Source: Eledone cirrhosa (lineage: Eukaryota). Taken from it: 64,000 bases of DNA. The stretch is from contig OZ024762.1 in NCBI GenBank assembly GCA_964016885.1, forward strand, positions 30,256,001 through 30,320,000. The letters run 5' to 3'. Under the pieces are notes generated by a model. It was given only the letters and a program-made list of their open reading frames with translations, searched no databases and was not told where the DNA came from. Both the position numbers and the translations under genes were made by a program. Positions within the stretch are counted from its first letter, which is position 1. The number at the start of each line of letters is the position of its first letter. Shown here in pieces: positions 14,601-29,300 of this stretch.

Positions 14601-15550
14601 GTCAGAAGTCACTCCAATGTTGGTGAGAATTCATTTAAGTTCATGGTATTAGCTGTCAGAAGTAACTCCACTGTTGGTGAGAATTCATTTAAGTTCATGG
14701 TATTAGCTGTCAGAAGTAACTCCACTGTTGGTGAGAATTCATTTAAGTTCATGGTATTAGCTGTCAGAAGTAACTACACTGTTGGTGAGAATTCATTTAA
14801 GTTCATGGTATTAGCTGTCAGAAGTAACTCCACTGTTGGTGAGAATTCATTTAAGTTCATGGTATTAGCTGTCAGAAGGAACTCCAATGTTGGTGAGAAT
14901 TCATTTAAGTTCATGGTATTAGCTGTCAGAAGGAACGCCACTCTTGGTGAGAATTCATTTAAGTCATGGTATTAGCTGTCAGAAGTAACTCCATTGTTGG
15001 TGAGAATTCATTTAAGTCATGGTACTAGCTGTCAGAAGTAACTCCACTGTTGGTGAGAATTCATTTAAGTTCATGGTATTAGCTGTCAGAAGGAACTCCA
15101 CTGTTGGTGAGAATTCATTTAAGTCATGGTACTAGCTGTCAGAAGTAACTCCAATGTTGGTGAGAATTCATTTAAGTTCATGGTATTAGCTGTCAGAAGG
15201 AACTCCACTGTTGGTGAGAATTCATTTAAGTTCATGGTATTAGCTGTCAGAAGTAACTCCACTGTTGGTGAGAATTCATTTAAGTCATGGTATTAGCTGT
15301 CAGAAGTAACTCCAATGTTGGTGAGAATTCATTTAAGTCATGGTACTAGCTGTCAGAAGTAACTCCAATGTTGGTGAGAATTCATTTAAGTTCATGTTAT
15401 TAGCTGTCAGAAGGAACTCCACTGTTGGTGAGAATTCATTTAAGTTCATGGTATTAGCTGTCAGAAGTAACTCCACTGTTGGTGAGAATTCATTTAAGTT
15501 CATGGTACTAGCTGTCAGAAGTAACTCCAACGTTGGTGAGAATTCATTTA
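8650..15550. repeat. Imperfect tandem duplication of about 3.4 kb (about 8.65-12.1 kb vs 12.1-15.55 kb)
   Basis: Matching ORF-track blocks at offsets 3499 (9527/13026), 3337 (10012/13349, 10496/13833) and 3445 (11895/15340). The rare variant AACGCCACTCTT is shared near 11490 and 14935. Boundaries are approximate. Confidence 0.7.
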
Positions 15551-17920
15551 AGTTCATGGTACTAGCTGTCAGAAGTAACTCCACTGTTGGTGAAAATTCA
15601 TTTAAGTTCATGGTATTAGCTGTCAGAAGTAACTCCACTGTTGGTGAGAATTCATTTAAGTCATGGTATTAGCTGTCAGAAGTAACTCCATTGTTGGTGA
15701 GAATTCATTTAAGTCATGGTACTAGCTGTCAGAAGTAACTCCACTGTTGGTGAGAATTCATTTAAGTTCATGGTATTAGCTGTCAGAAGGAACTCCACTG
15801 TTGGTGAGAATTCATTTAAGTTCATGGTATTAGCTGTCAGAAGTAACTCCACTGTTGGTGAGAATTCATTTAAGTTCATGGTACTAGCTGTCAGAAGTAA
15901 CTCCACTGTTGGTGAGAATTCATTTAAGTTCATGGTACTAGCTGTCAGAAGGAACTCCACTGTTGGTGAGAATTCATTTAAGTTCATGGTATTAGCTGTC
16001 AGAAGTAACTCCAATGTTGGTGAGAATTCATTTAAGTCATGGTACTAGCTGTCAGAAGTAACTCCACTGTTGGTGAGAATTCATTTAAGTTCATGGTATT
16101 AGCTGTCAGAAGGAACTCCACTGTTGGTGAGAATTCATTTAAGTTCATGGTATTAGCTGTCAGAAGTGTCTCCACTGTTGGTGAGAATTCATTTAAGTTC
16201 ATGGTACTAGCTGTCAGAAGTAACTCCAATGTTGGTGAGAATTCATGTAAGTTCATGGTACTAGCTGTCAGAAGTAACTCCACTGTTGGTGAGAATTCAG
16301 TTAAGTTCATGGTATTAGCTGTCAGAAGTAACTCCACTGTTGGTGAGAATTCATTTAAGTCATGGTATTAGCTGTCAGAAGTAACTCCAATGTTGGTGAG
16401 AATTCATTTAAGTCATGGTACTAGCTGTCAGAAGTAACTCCAATGTTGGTGGGAATTCATTTAAGTTCATGGTATTAGCTGTCAGAAGTCACTCCAATGT
16501 TGGTGAGAATTCATTTAAGTTCATGGTATTAGCTGTCAGAAGTAACTCCACTGTTGGTGAGAATTCATTTAAGTTCATGGTATTAGCTGTCAGAAGTAAC
16601 TCCACTGTTGGTGAGAATTCATTTAAGTCATGGTATTAGCTGTCAGAAGTAACTCCAATGTTGGTGAGAATTCATTTAAGTCATGGTACTAGCTGTCAGA
16701 AGTAACTCCAATGTTGGTGAGAATTCATTTAAGTTCATGTTATTAGCTGTCAGAAGGAACTCCACTGTTGGTGAGAATTCATTTAAGTTCATGGTATTAG
16801 CTGTCAGAAGTAACTCCACTGTTGGTGAGAATTCATTTAAGTTCATGGTACTAGCTGTCAGAAGTAACTCCAACGTTGGTGAGAATTCATTTAAGTTCAT
16901 GGTACTAGCTGTCAGAAGTAACTCCACTGTTGGTGAAAATTCATTTAAGTTCATGGTATTAGCTGTCAGAAGTAACTCCACTGTTGGTGAGAATTCATTT
17001 AAGTCATGGTATTAGCTGTCAGAAGTAACTCCATTGTTGGTGAGAATTCATTTAAGTCATGGTACTAGCTGTCAGAAGTAACTCCACTGTTGGTGAGAAT
17101 TCATTTAAGTTCATGGTATTAGCTGTCAGAAGGAACTCCACTGTTGGTGAGAATTCATTTAAGTTCATGGTATTAGCTGTCAGAAGTAACTCCACTGTTG
17201 GTGAGAATTCATTTAAGTTCATGGTACTAGCTGTCAGAAGTAACTCCACTGTTGGTGAGAATTCATTTAAGTTCATGGTACTAGCTGTCAGAAGGAACTC
17301 CACTGTTGGTGAGAATTCATTTAAGTTCATGGTATTAGCTGTCAGAAGTAACTCCAATGTTGGTGAGAATTCATTTAAGTCATGGTACTAGCTGTCAGAA
17401 GTAACTCCACTGTTGGTGAGAATTCATTTAAGTTCATGGTATTAGCTGTCAGAAGGAACTCCACTGTTGGTGAGAATTCATTTAAGTTCATGGTATTAGC
17501 TGTCAGAAGTGTCTCCACTGTTGGTGAGAATTCATTTAAGTTCATGGTACTAGCTGTCAGAAGTAACTCCAATGTTGGTGAGAATTCATGTAAGTTCATG
17601 GTACTAGCTGTCAGAAGTAACTCCACTGTTGGTGAGAATTCAGTTAAGTTCATGGTATTAGCTGTCAGAAGTAACTCCACTGTTGGTGAGAATTCATTTA
17701 AGTCATGGTATTAGCTGTCAGAAGTAACTCCAATGTTGGTGAGAATTCATTTAAGTCATGGTACTAGCTGTCAGAAGTAACTCCAATGTTGGTGGGAATT
17801 CATTTAAGTTCATGGTATTAGCTGTCAGAAGTCACTCCAATGTTGGTGAGAATTCATTTAAGTTCATGGTATTAGCTGTCAGAAGTAACTCCACTGTTGG
17901 TGAGAATTCATTTAAGTTCA
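15230..17920. repeat. Tandem duplication, period 1343 bp (25 monomers)
   Basis: ORF blocks 15340/16683, 15716/17059, 16039/17382 and 16415/17758 are all offset by 1343. The rare variant GTGGGAATTC occurs at 16449 and 17792. Boundaries are approximate. Confidence 0.85.
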
Positions 17921-18329
17921 TGGTACTAGCTGTCAGAAGTAACTCCACTGTTGGTGAGAATTCAGTTAAGTTCATGGTACTAGCTGTCAGAAGTAACTCC
18001 ACTGTTGGTGAGAATTCAGTTAAGTTCATGGTATTAGCTGTCAGAAGGAACTCCACTGTTGGTGAGAATTCATTTAAGTTCATGGTATTAGCTGTCAGAA
18101 GTAACTCCACTGTTGGTGAGAATTCATTTAAGTTCATGGTACTAGCTGTCAGAAGTAACTCCACTGTTGGTGAGAATTCATTTAAGTTCATGGTATTAGC
18201 TGTCAGAAGTAACTCCACTGTTGGTGAGAATTCATTTAAGTCATGGTATTAGCTATCAGAAGTAACTCCATTGTTGGTGAGAATTCATTTAAGTCATGGT
18301 ACTAGCTGTCAGAAGTAACTCCACTGTTG

Positions 18330-20370
18330 GTGAGAATTCATTTAAGTTCATGGTACTAGCTGTCAGAAGTAACTCCACTGTTGGTGAGAATTCATTTAAG
18401 TTCATGGTACTAGCTGTCAGAAGTAACTCCACTGTTGGTGAGAATTCATTTACGTTCATGGTACTAGCTGTCAGAAGTAACTCCACTGTTGGTGAGAATT
18501 CATTTAAGTTCATGGTACTAGCTGTCAGAAGTAACTCCACTGTTGGTGAGAATTCATTTAAGTCATGGTATTAGCTATCAGAAGTAACTCCAATGTTGGT
18601 GAGAATTCATTTAAGTTCATGGTATTAGCTGTCAGAAGTAACTCCACTGTTGGTGAGAATTCATTTAGGTTAATGGTACTAGCTGTCAGAAGTAACTCCA
18701 CTGTTGGTGAGAATTCATTTAAGTTCATGGTATTAGCTGTCAGAAGTAACTCCACTGTTGGTGAGAATTCATTTAAGTTCATGGTACTAGCTGTCAGAAG
18801 TAACCCCAATGTTGGTGACAATTCATTTAAGTTCATGGTATTAGCTGTCAGAAGTCACTCCAATGTTGGTGAGAATTCATTTAAGTTCATGGTATTAGCT
18901 GTCAGAAGTCACTCCACTGTTGGTGAGAATTCATTTAAGTTCATGGTACTAGCTGTCAGAAGTAACCCCAATGTTGGTGAGAATTCATTTAAGTTCATGG
19001 TATTAGCTGTCAGAAGTCACTCCAATGTTGGTGAGAATTCATTTAAGTTCATGGTATTAGCTGTCAGAAGTAACTCCACTGTTGGTGAGAATTCATTTAA
19101 GTTCATGGTATTAGCTGTCAGAAGTAACTCCACTGTTGGTGAGAATTCATTTAAGTTCATGGTATTAGCTGTCAGAAGTAACTACACTGTTGGTGAGAAT
19201 TCATTTAAGTTCATGGTATTAGCTGTCAGAAGTAACTCCACTGTTGGTGAGAATTCATTTAAGTTCATGGTATTAGCTGTCAGAAGGAACTCCAATGTTG
19301 GTGAGAATTCATTTAAGTTCATGGTATTAGCTGTCAGAAGGAACTCCACTGTTGGTGAGAATTCATTTAAGTTCATGGTACTAGCTGTCAGAAGTAACTC
19401 CACTGTTGGTGAGAATTCATTTAAGTTCATGGTACTAGCTGTCAGAAGTAACTCCACTGTTGGTGAGAATTCATTTACGTTCATGGTACTAGCTGTCAGA
19501 AGTAACTCCACTGTTGGTGAGAATTCATTTAAGTTCATGGTACTAGCTGTCAGAAGTAACTCCACTGTTGGTGAGAATTCATTTAAGTCATGGTATTAGC
19601 TATCAGAAGTAACTCCAATGTTGGTGAGAATTCATTTAAGTTCATGGTATTAGCTGTCAGAAGTAACTCCACTGTTGGTGAGAATTCATTTAGGTTAATG
19701 GTACTAGCTGTCAGAAGTAACTCCACTGTTGGTGAGAATTCATTTAAGTTCATGGTATTAGCTGTCAGAAGTAACTCCACTGTTGGTGAGAATTCATTTA
19801 AGTTCATGGTACTAGCTGTCAGAAGTAACCCCAATGTTGGTGACAATTCATTTAAGTTCATGGTATTAGCTGTCAGAAGTCACTCCAATGTTGGTGAGAA
19901 TTCATTTAAGTTCATGGTATTAGCTGTCAGAAGTCACTCCACTGTTGGTGAGAATTCATTTAAGTTCATGGTACTAGCTGTCAGAAGTAACCCCAATGTT
20001 GGTGAGAATTCATTTAAGTTCATGGTATTAGCTGTCAGAAGTCACTCCAATGTTGGTGAGAATTCATTTAAGTTCATGGTATTAGCTGTCAGAAGTAACT
20101 CCACTGTTGGTGAGAATTCATTTAAGTTCATGGTATTAGCTGTCAGAAGTAACTCCACTGTTGGTGAGAATTCATTTAAGTTCATGGTATTAGCTGTCAG
20201 AAGTAACTACACTGTTGGTGAGAATTCATTTAAGTTCATGGTATTAGCTGTCAGAAGTAACTCCACTGTTGGTGAGAATTCATTTAAGTTCATGGTATTA
20301 GCTGTCAGAAGGAACTCCAATGTTGGTGAGAATTCATTTAAGTTCATGGTATTAGCTGTCAGAAGGAACG
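18330..20370. repeat. Tandem duplication, period 1025 bp (19 monomers)
   Basis: TAGGTTAATG occurs at 18666 and 19691. TATC+CCAAT hybrid monomers start the ORFs at 18565 and 19590. Confidence 0.85.
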
Positions 20371-23300
20371 CCACTGTTGGTGAGAATTCATTTAAGTCAT
20401 GGTATTAGCTGTCAGAAGTAACTCCATTGTTGGTGAGAATTCATTTAAATCATGGTACTAGCTGTCAGAAGTAACTCCACTGTTGGTGAGAATTCATTTA
20501 AGTTCATGGTATTAGCTGTCAGAAGGAACTCCACTGTTGGTGAGAATTCATTTAAGTCATGGTACTAGCTGTCAGAAGTAACTCCAATGTTGGTGAGAAT
20601 TCATTTAAGTTCATGGTATTAGCTGTCAGAAGGAACTCCACTGTTGGTGAGAATTCATTTAAGTTCATGGTATTAGCTGTCAGAAGTAACTCCACTGTTG
20701 GTGAGAATTCATTTAAGTCATGGTATTAGCTGTCAGAAGTAACTCCAATGTTGGTGAGAATTCATTTAAGTCATGGTACTAGCTGTCAGAAGTAACTCCA
20801 ATGTTGGTGAGAATTCATTTAAGTTCATGTTATTAGCTGTCAGAAGGAACTCCACTGTTGGTGAGAATTCATTTAAGTTCATGGTATTAGCTGTCAGAAG
20901 TAACTCCACTGTTGGTGAGAATTCATTTAAGTTCATGGTACTAGCTGTCAGAAGTAACTCCAACGTTGGTGAGAATTCATTTAAGTTCATGGTACTAGCT
21001 GTCAGAAGTAACTCCACTGTTGGTGAAAATTCATTTAAGTTCATGGTATTAGCTGTCAGAAGTAACTCCACTGTTGGTGAGAATTCATTTAAGTCATGGT
21101 ATTAGCTGTCAGAAGTAACTCCATTGTTGGTGAGAATTCATTTAAGTCATGGTACTAGCTGTCAGAAGTAACTCCACTGTTGGTGAAAATTCATTTAAGT
21201 TCATGGTATTAGCTGTCAGAAGGAACTCCACTGTTGGTGAGAATTCATTTAAGTTCATGGTATTAGCTGTCAGAAGTAACTCCACTGTTGGTGAGAATTC
21301 ATTTAAGTTCATGGTACTAGCTGTCAGAAGTAACTCCACTGTTGGTGAGAATTCATTTAAGTTCATGGTACTAGCTGTCAGAAGGAACTCCACTGTTGGT
21401 GAGAATTCATTTAAGTTCATGGTATTAGCTGTCAGAAGTAACTCCAATGTTGGTGAGAATTCATTTCAGTCATGGTACAAGCTGTCAGAAGTAACTCCAC
21501 TGTTGGTGAGAATTCATTTAAGTTCATGGTATTAGCTGTCAGAAGGAACTCCACTGTTGGTGAGAATTCATTTAAGTTCATGGTATTAGCTGTCAGAAGT
21601 GTCTCCACTGTTGGTGAGAATTCATTTAAGTTCATGGTACTAGCTGTCAGAAGTAACTCCAATGTTGGTGAGAATTCATGTAAGTTCATGGTACTAGCTG
21701 TCAGAAGTAACTCCACTGTTGGTGAGAATTCAGTTAAGTTCATGGTATTAGCTGTCAGAAGTAACTCCACTGTTGGTGAGAATTCATTTAAGTCATGGTA
21801 TTAGCTGTCAGAAGTAACTCCAATGTTGGTGAGAATTCATTTAAGTCATGGTACTAGCTGTCAGAAGTAACTCCAATGTTGGTGGGAATTCATTTAAGTT
21901 CATGGTATTAGCTGTCAGAAGTCACTCCAATGTTGGTGAGAATTCATTTAAGTTCATGGTATTAGCTGTCAGAAGTAACTCCACTGTTGGTGAGAATTCA
22001 TTTAAGTTCATGGTACTAGCTGTCAGAAGTAACTCCACTGTTGGTGAGAATTCAGTTAAGTTCATGGTACTAGCTGTCAGAAGTAACTCCACTGTTGGTG
22101 AGAATTCAGTTAAGTTCATGGTATTAGCTGTCAGAAGGAACTCCACTGTTGGTGAGAATTCATTTAAGTTCATGGTATTAGCTGTCAGAAGTAACTCCAC
22201 TGTTGGTGAGAATTCATTTAACTTCATGGTACTAGCTGTCAGAAGTAACTCCACTGTTGGTGAGAATTCATTTAAGTTCATGGTACTAGCTGTCAGAAGT
22301 AACTCCACTGTTGGTGAGAATTCAGTTAAGTTCATGGTATTAGTTGTCAGAAGTAACTCAAATGTTGGTGAGAATTCATTTAAATCATGGTATTAGTTGT
22401 CAGAAGTAACTCCAACGTTGGTGAGAATTCATTTAAGTTCATGGTACTAGCTGTCAGAAGTAACTCCACTGTTGGTGAAAATTCATTTAAGTTCATGGTA
22501 TTAGCTGTCAGAAGTAACTCCACTGTTGGTGAGAATTCATTTAAGTCATGGTATTAGCTGTCAGAAGTAACTCCATTGTTGTCGAGAATTCATTTAAGTC
22601 ATGGTACTAGCTGTCAGACGTAACTCCACTGTTGGTGAGAATTCATTTAAGTTCATGGTATTAGCTGTCAGAAGGAACTCCACTGTTGGTGAGAATTCAT
22701 TTAAGTTCATGGTATTAGCTGTCAGAAGTAACTCCACTGTTGGTGAGAATTCATTTAAGTTCATGGTACTAGCTGTCAAAAGTAACTCCACTGTTGGTGA
22801 GAATTCATTTAAGTTCATGGTACTAGCTGTCAGAAGGAACTCCACTGTTGGTGAGAATTCATTTAAGTTCATGGTATTAGCTGTCAGAAATAACTCCAAT
22901 GTTGGTGAGAATTCATTTAAGTCATGGTACTAGCTGTCAGAAGTAACTCCACTGTTGGTGAGAATTCATTTAAGTTCATGGTATTAGCTGTCAGAAGGAA
23001 CTCCACTGTTGGTGAGAATTCATTTAAGTTCATGGTATTAGCTGTCAGAAGTGTCTCCACTGTTGGTGAGAATTCATTTAAGTTCATGGTACTAGCTGTC
23101 AGAAGTAACTCCAATGTTGGTGAGAATTCATGTAAGTTCATGGTATTAGCTGTCAGAAGGAACTCCACTGTTGGTGAGAATTCATTTAAGTTCATGGTAT
23201 TAGCTGTCAGAAGTAACTCCACTGTTGGTGAGAATTCATATAAGTTCATGGTACTAGCTGTCAGAAGTAACTCCACTGTTGGTGAGAATTCATTTAAGTT

Positions 23301-26300
23301 CATGGTATTAGCTGTCAGAAGTAACTCCACTGTTGGTGAGAATTCATTTAAGTCATGGTATTAGCTATCAGAAGTAACTCCATTGTTGGTGAGAATTCAT
23401 TTAAGTCATGGTACTAGCTGTCAGAAGTAACTCCACTGTTGGTGAGAATTCATTTAAGTTCATGGTACTAGCTGTCAGAAGTAACTCCACTGTTGGTGAG
23501 AATTCATTTAAGTTCATGGTACTAGCTGTCAGAAGTAACTCCACTGTTGGTGAGAATTCATTTAAGTTCATGGTACTAGCTGTCAGAAGGAACTCCACTG
23601 TTGGTGAGAATTCATTTAAGTTCATGGTATTAGCTGTCAGAAGTAACTCCAATGTTGGTGAGAATTCATTTAAGTCATGGTACTAGCTGTCAGAAGTAAC
23701 TCCACTGTTGGTGAGAATTCATTTAAGTTCATGGTATTAGCTGTCAGAAGGAACTCCACTGTTGGTGAGAATTCATTTAAGTTCATGGTATTAGCTGTCA
23801 GAAGTGTCTCCACTGTTGGTGAGAATTCATTTAAGTTCATGGTACTAGCTGTCAGAAGTAACTCCAATGTTGGTGAGAATTCATGTAAGTTCATGGTATT
23901 AGCTGTCAGAAGTAACTCCACTGTTGGTGAGAATTCATTTAAGTTCATGGTATTAGCTGTCAGAAGTAACTCCACTGTTGGTGAGAATTCATTTAAGTTC
24001 ATGGTACTAGCTGTCAGAAATAACTCCACTGTTGGTGAGAATTCATTTAAGTTCATGGTATTAGCTGTCAGAAGTAACTCCACTGTTGGTGAGAATTCAT
24101 TTAAGTCATGGTATTAGCTATCAGAAGTAACTCCATTGTTGGTGAGAATTCATTTAAGTCATGGTACTAGCTGTCAGAAGTAACTCCACTGTTGGTGAGA
24201 ATTCATTTAAGTTCATGGTACTAGCTGTCAGAAGTAACTCCACTGTTGGTGAGAATTCATTTAAGTTCATGGTACTAGCTGTCAGAAGTAACTCCACTGT
24301 TGGTGAGAATTCATTTACGTTCATGGTACTAGCTGTCAGAAGTAACTCCACTGTTGGTGAGAATTCATTTAAGTTCATGGTACTAGCTGTCAGAAGTAAC
24401 TCCAATGTTGGTGAGAATTCATTTAAGTTCATGGTATTAGCTGTCAGAAGTAACTCCACTGTTGGTGAGAATTCATTTAGGTTCATGGTACTAGCTGTCA
24501 GAAGTAACTCCACTGTTGGTGAGAATTCATTTAAGTTCATGGTATTAGCTGTCAGAAGTAACTCCACTGTTGGTGAGAATTCATTTAAGTTCATGGTACT
24601 AGCTGTCAGAAGTAACCCCAATGTTGGTGACAATTCATTTAAGTTCATGGTATTAGCTGTCAGAAGTCACTCCAATGTTGGTGAGAATTCATTTAAGTTC
24701 ATGGTATTAGCTGTCAGAAGTCACTCCACTGTTGGTGAGAATTCATTTAAGTTCATGGTACTAGCTGTCAGAAGTAACCCCAATGTTGGTGAGAATTCAT
24801 TTAAGTTCATGGTATTAGCTGTCAGAAGTCACTCCAATGTTGGTGAGAATTCATTTAAGTTCATGGTATTAGCTGTCAGAAGTAACTCCACTGTTGGTGA
24901 GAATTCATTTAAGTTCATGGTATTAGCTGTCAGAAGTAACTCCACTGTTGGTGAGAATTCATTTAAGTTCATGGTATTAGCTGTCAGAAGTAACTACACT
25001 GTTGGTGAGAATTCATTTAAGTTCATGGTATTAGCTGTCAGAAGTAACTCCACTGTTGGTGAGAATTCATTTAAGTTCATGGTATTAGCTGTCAGAAGGA
25101 ACTCCAATGTTGGTGAGAATTCATTTAAGTTCATGGTATTAGCTGTCAGAAGGAACGCCACTCTTGGTGAGAATTCATTTAAGTCATGGTATTAGCTGTC
25201 AGAAGTAACTCCATTGTTGGTGAGAATTCATTTAAGTCATGGTACTAGCTGTCAGAAGTAACTCCACTGTTGGTGAGAATTCATTTAAGTTCATGGTATT
25301 AGCTGTCAGAAGGAACTCCACTGTTGGTGAGAATTCATTTAAGTCATGGTACTAGCTGTCAGAAGTAACTCCAATGTTGGTGAGAATTCATTTAAGTTCA
25401 TGGTATTAGCTGTCAGAAGGAACTCCACTGTTGGTGAGAATTCATTTAAGTTCATGGTATTAGCTGTCAGAAGTAACTCCACTGTTGGTGAGAATTCATT
25501 TAAGTCATGGTATTAGCTGTCAGAAGTAACTCCAATGTTGGTGAGAATTCATTTAAGTCATGGTACTAGCTGTCAGAAGTAACTCCAATGTTGGTGAGAA
25601 TTCATTTAAGTTCATGTTATTAGCTGTCAGAAGGAACTCCACTGTTGGTGAGAATTCATTTAAGTTCATGGTATTAGCTGTCAGAAGTAACTCCACTGTT
25701 GGTGAGAATTCATTTAAGTTCATGGTACTAGCTGTCAGAAGTAACTCCAACGTTGGTGAGAATTCATTTAAGTTCATGGTACTAGCTGTCAGAAGTAACT
25801 CCACTGTTGGTGAAAATTCATTTAAGTTCATGGTATTAGCTGTCAGAAGTAACTCCACTGTTGGTGAGAATTCATTTAAGTCATGGTATTAGCTGTCAGA
25901 AGTAACTCCATTGTTGGTGAGAATTCATTTAAGTCATGGTACTAGCTGTCAGAAGTAACTCCACTGTTGGTGAGAATTCATTTAAGTTCATGGTATTAGC
26001 TGTCAGAAGGAACTCCACTGTTGGTGAGAATTCATTTAAGTTCATGGTATTAGCTGTCAGAAGTAACTCCACTGTTGGTGAGAATTCATTTAAGTTCATG
26101 GTACTAGCTGTCAGAAGTAACTCCACTGTTGGTGAGAATTCATTTAAGTTCATGGTACTAGCTGTCAGAAGGAACTCCACTGTTGGTGAGAATTCATTTA
26201 AGTTCATGGTATTAGCTGTCAGAAGTAACTCCAATGTTGGTGAGAATTCATTTAAGTCATGGTACTAGCTGTCAGAAGTAACTCCACTGTTGGTGAGAAT

Positions 26301-29300
26301 TCATTTAAGTTCATGGTATTAGCTGTCAGAAGGAACTCCACTGTTGGTGAGAATTCATTTAAGTTCATGGTATTAGCTGTCAGAAGTGTCTCCACTGTTG
26401 GTGAGAATTCATTTAAGTTCATGGTACTAGCTGTCAGAAGTAACTCCAATGTTGGTGAGAATTCATGTAAGTTCATGGTACTAGCTGTCAGAAGTAACTC
26501 CACTGTTGGTGAGAATTCAGTTAAGTTCATGGTATTAGCTGTCAGAAGTAACTCCACTGTTGGTGAGAATTCATTTAAGTCATGGTATTAGCTATCAGAA
26601 GTAACTCCATTGTTGGTGAGAATTCATTTAAGTCATGGTACTAGCTGTCAGAAGTAACTCCACTGTTGGTGAGAATTCATTTAAGTTCATGGTACTAGCT
26701 GTCAGAAGTAACTCCACTGTTGGTGAGAATTCATTTAAGTTCATGGTACTAGCTGTCAGAAGTAACTCCACTGTTGGTGAGAATTCATTTACGTTCATGG
26801 TACTAGCTGTCAGAAGTAACTCCACTGTTGGTGAGAATTCATTTAAGTTCATGGTACTAGCTGTCAGAAGTAACTCCACTGTTGGTGAGAATTCATTTAA
26901 GTCATGGTATTAGCTATCAGAAGTAACTCCAATGTTGGTGAGAATTCATTTAAGTTCATGGTATTAGCTGTCAGAAGTAACTCCACTGTTGGTGAGAATT
27001 CATTTAGGTTAATGGTACTAGCTGTCAGAAGTAACTCCACTGTTGGTGAGAATTCATTTAAGTTCATGGTATTAGCTGTCAGAAGTAACTCCACTGTTGG
27101 TGAGAATTCATTTAAGTTCATGGTACTAGCTGTCAGAAGTAACCCCAATGTTGGTGACAATTCATTTAAGTTCATGGTATTAGCTGTCAGAAGTCACTCC
27201 AATGTTGGTGAGAATTCATTTAAGTTCATGGTATTAGCTGTCAGAAGTCACTCCACTGTTGGTGAGAATTCATTTAAGTTCATGGTACTAGCTGTCAGAA
27301 GTAACCCCAATGTTGGTGAGAATTCATTTAAGTTCATGGTATTAGCTGTCAGAAGTCACTCCAATGTTGGTGAGAATTCATTTAAGTTCATGGTATTAGC
27401 TGTCAGAAGTAACTCCACTGTTGGTGAGAATTCATTTAAGTTCATGGTATTAGCTGTCAGAAGTAACTCCACTGTTGGTGAGAATTCATTTAAGTTCATG
27501 GTATTAGCTGTCAGAAGTAACTACACTGTTGGTGAGAATTCATTTAAGTTCATGGTATTAGCTGTCAGAAGTAACTCCACTGTTGGTGAGAATTCATTTA
27601 AGTTCAAGGTATTAGCTGTCAGAAGGAACTCCAATGTTGGTGAGAATTCATTTAAGTTCATGGTATTAGCTGTCAGAAGGAACGCCACTGTTGGTGAGAA
27701 TTCATTTAAGTCATGGTATTAGCTGTCAGAAGTAACTCCATTGTTGGTGAGAATTCATTTAAATCATGGTACTAGCTGTCAGAAGTAACTCCACTGTTGG
27801 TGAGAATTCATTTAAGTTCATGGTATTAGCTGTCAGAAGGAACTCCACTGTTGGTGAGAATTCATTTAAGTCATGGTACTAGCTGTCAGAAGTAACTCCA
27901 ATGTTGGTGAGAATTCATTTAAGTTCATGGTATTAGCTGTCAGAAGGAACTCCACTGTTGGTGAGAATTCATTTAAGTTCATGGTATTAGCTGTCAGAAG
28001 TAACTCCACTGTTGGTGAGAATTCATTTAAGTCATGGTATTAGCTGTCAGAAGTAACTCCAATGTTGGTGAGAATTCATTTAAGTCATGGTACTAGCTGT
28101 CAGAAGTAACTCCAATGTTGGTGAGAATTCATTTAAGTTCATGTTATTAGCTGTCAGAAGGAACTCCACTGTTGGTGAGAATTCATTTAAGTTCATGGTA
28201 TTAGCTGTCAGAAGTAACTCCACTGTTGGTGAGAATTCATTTAAGTTCATGGTACTAGCTGTCAGAAGTAACTCCAACGTTGGTGAGAATTCATTTAAGT
28301 TCATGGTACTAGCTGTCAGAAGTAACTCCACTGTTGGTGAAAATTCATTTAAGTTCATGGTATTAGCTGTCAGAAGTAACTCCACTGTTGGTGAGAATTC
28401 ATTTAAGTCATGGTATTAGCTGTCAGAAGTAACTCCATTGTTGGTGAGAATTCATTTAAGTCATGGTACTAGCTGTCAGAAGTAACTCCACTGTTGGTGA
28501 AAATTCATTTAAGTTCATGGTATTAGCTGTCAGAAGGAACTCCACTGTTGGTGAGAATTCATTTAAGTTCATGGTATTAGCTGTCAGAAGTAACTCCACT
28601 GTTGGTGAGAATTCATTTAAGTTCATGGTACTAGCTGTCAGAAGTAACTCCACTGTTGGTGAGAATTCATTTAAGTTCATGGTACTAGCTGTCAGAAGGA
28701 ACTCCACTGTTGGTGAGAATTCATTTAAGTTCATGGTATTAGCTGTCAGAAGTAACTCCAATGTTGGTGAGAATTCATTTCAGTCATGGTACTAGCTGTC
28801 AGAAGTAACTCCACTGTTGGTGAGAATTCATTTAAGTTCATGGTATTAGCTGTCAGAAGGAACTCCACTGTTGGTGAGAATTCATTTAAGTTCATGGTAT
28901 TAGCTGTCAGAAGTGTCTCCACTGTTGGTGAGAATTCATTTAAGTTCATGGTACTAGCTGTCAGAAGTAACTCCAATGTTGGTGAGAATTCATGTAAGTT
29001 CATGGTACTAGCTGTCAGAAGTAACTCCACTGTTGGTGAGAATTCAGTTAAGTTCATGGTATTAGCTGTCAGAAGTAACTCCACTGTTGGTGAGAATTCA
29101 TTTAAGTCATGGTATTAGCTGTCAGAAGTAACTCCAATGTTGGTGAGAATTCATTTAAGTCATGGTACTAGCTGTCAGAAGTAACTCCAATGTTGGTGGG
29201 AATTCATTTAAGTTCATGGTATTAGCTGTCAGAAGTCACTCCAATGTTGGTGAGAATTCATTTAAGTTCATGGTATTAGCTGTCAGAAGTAACTCCACTG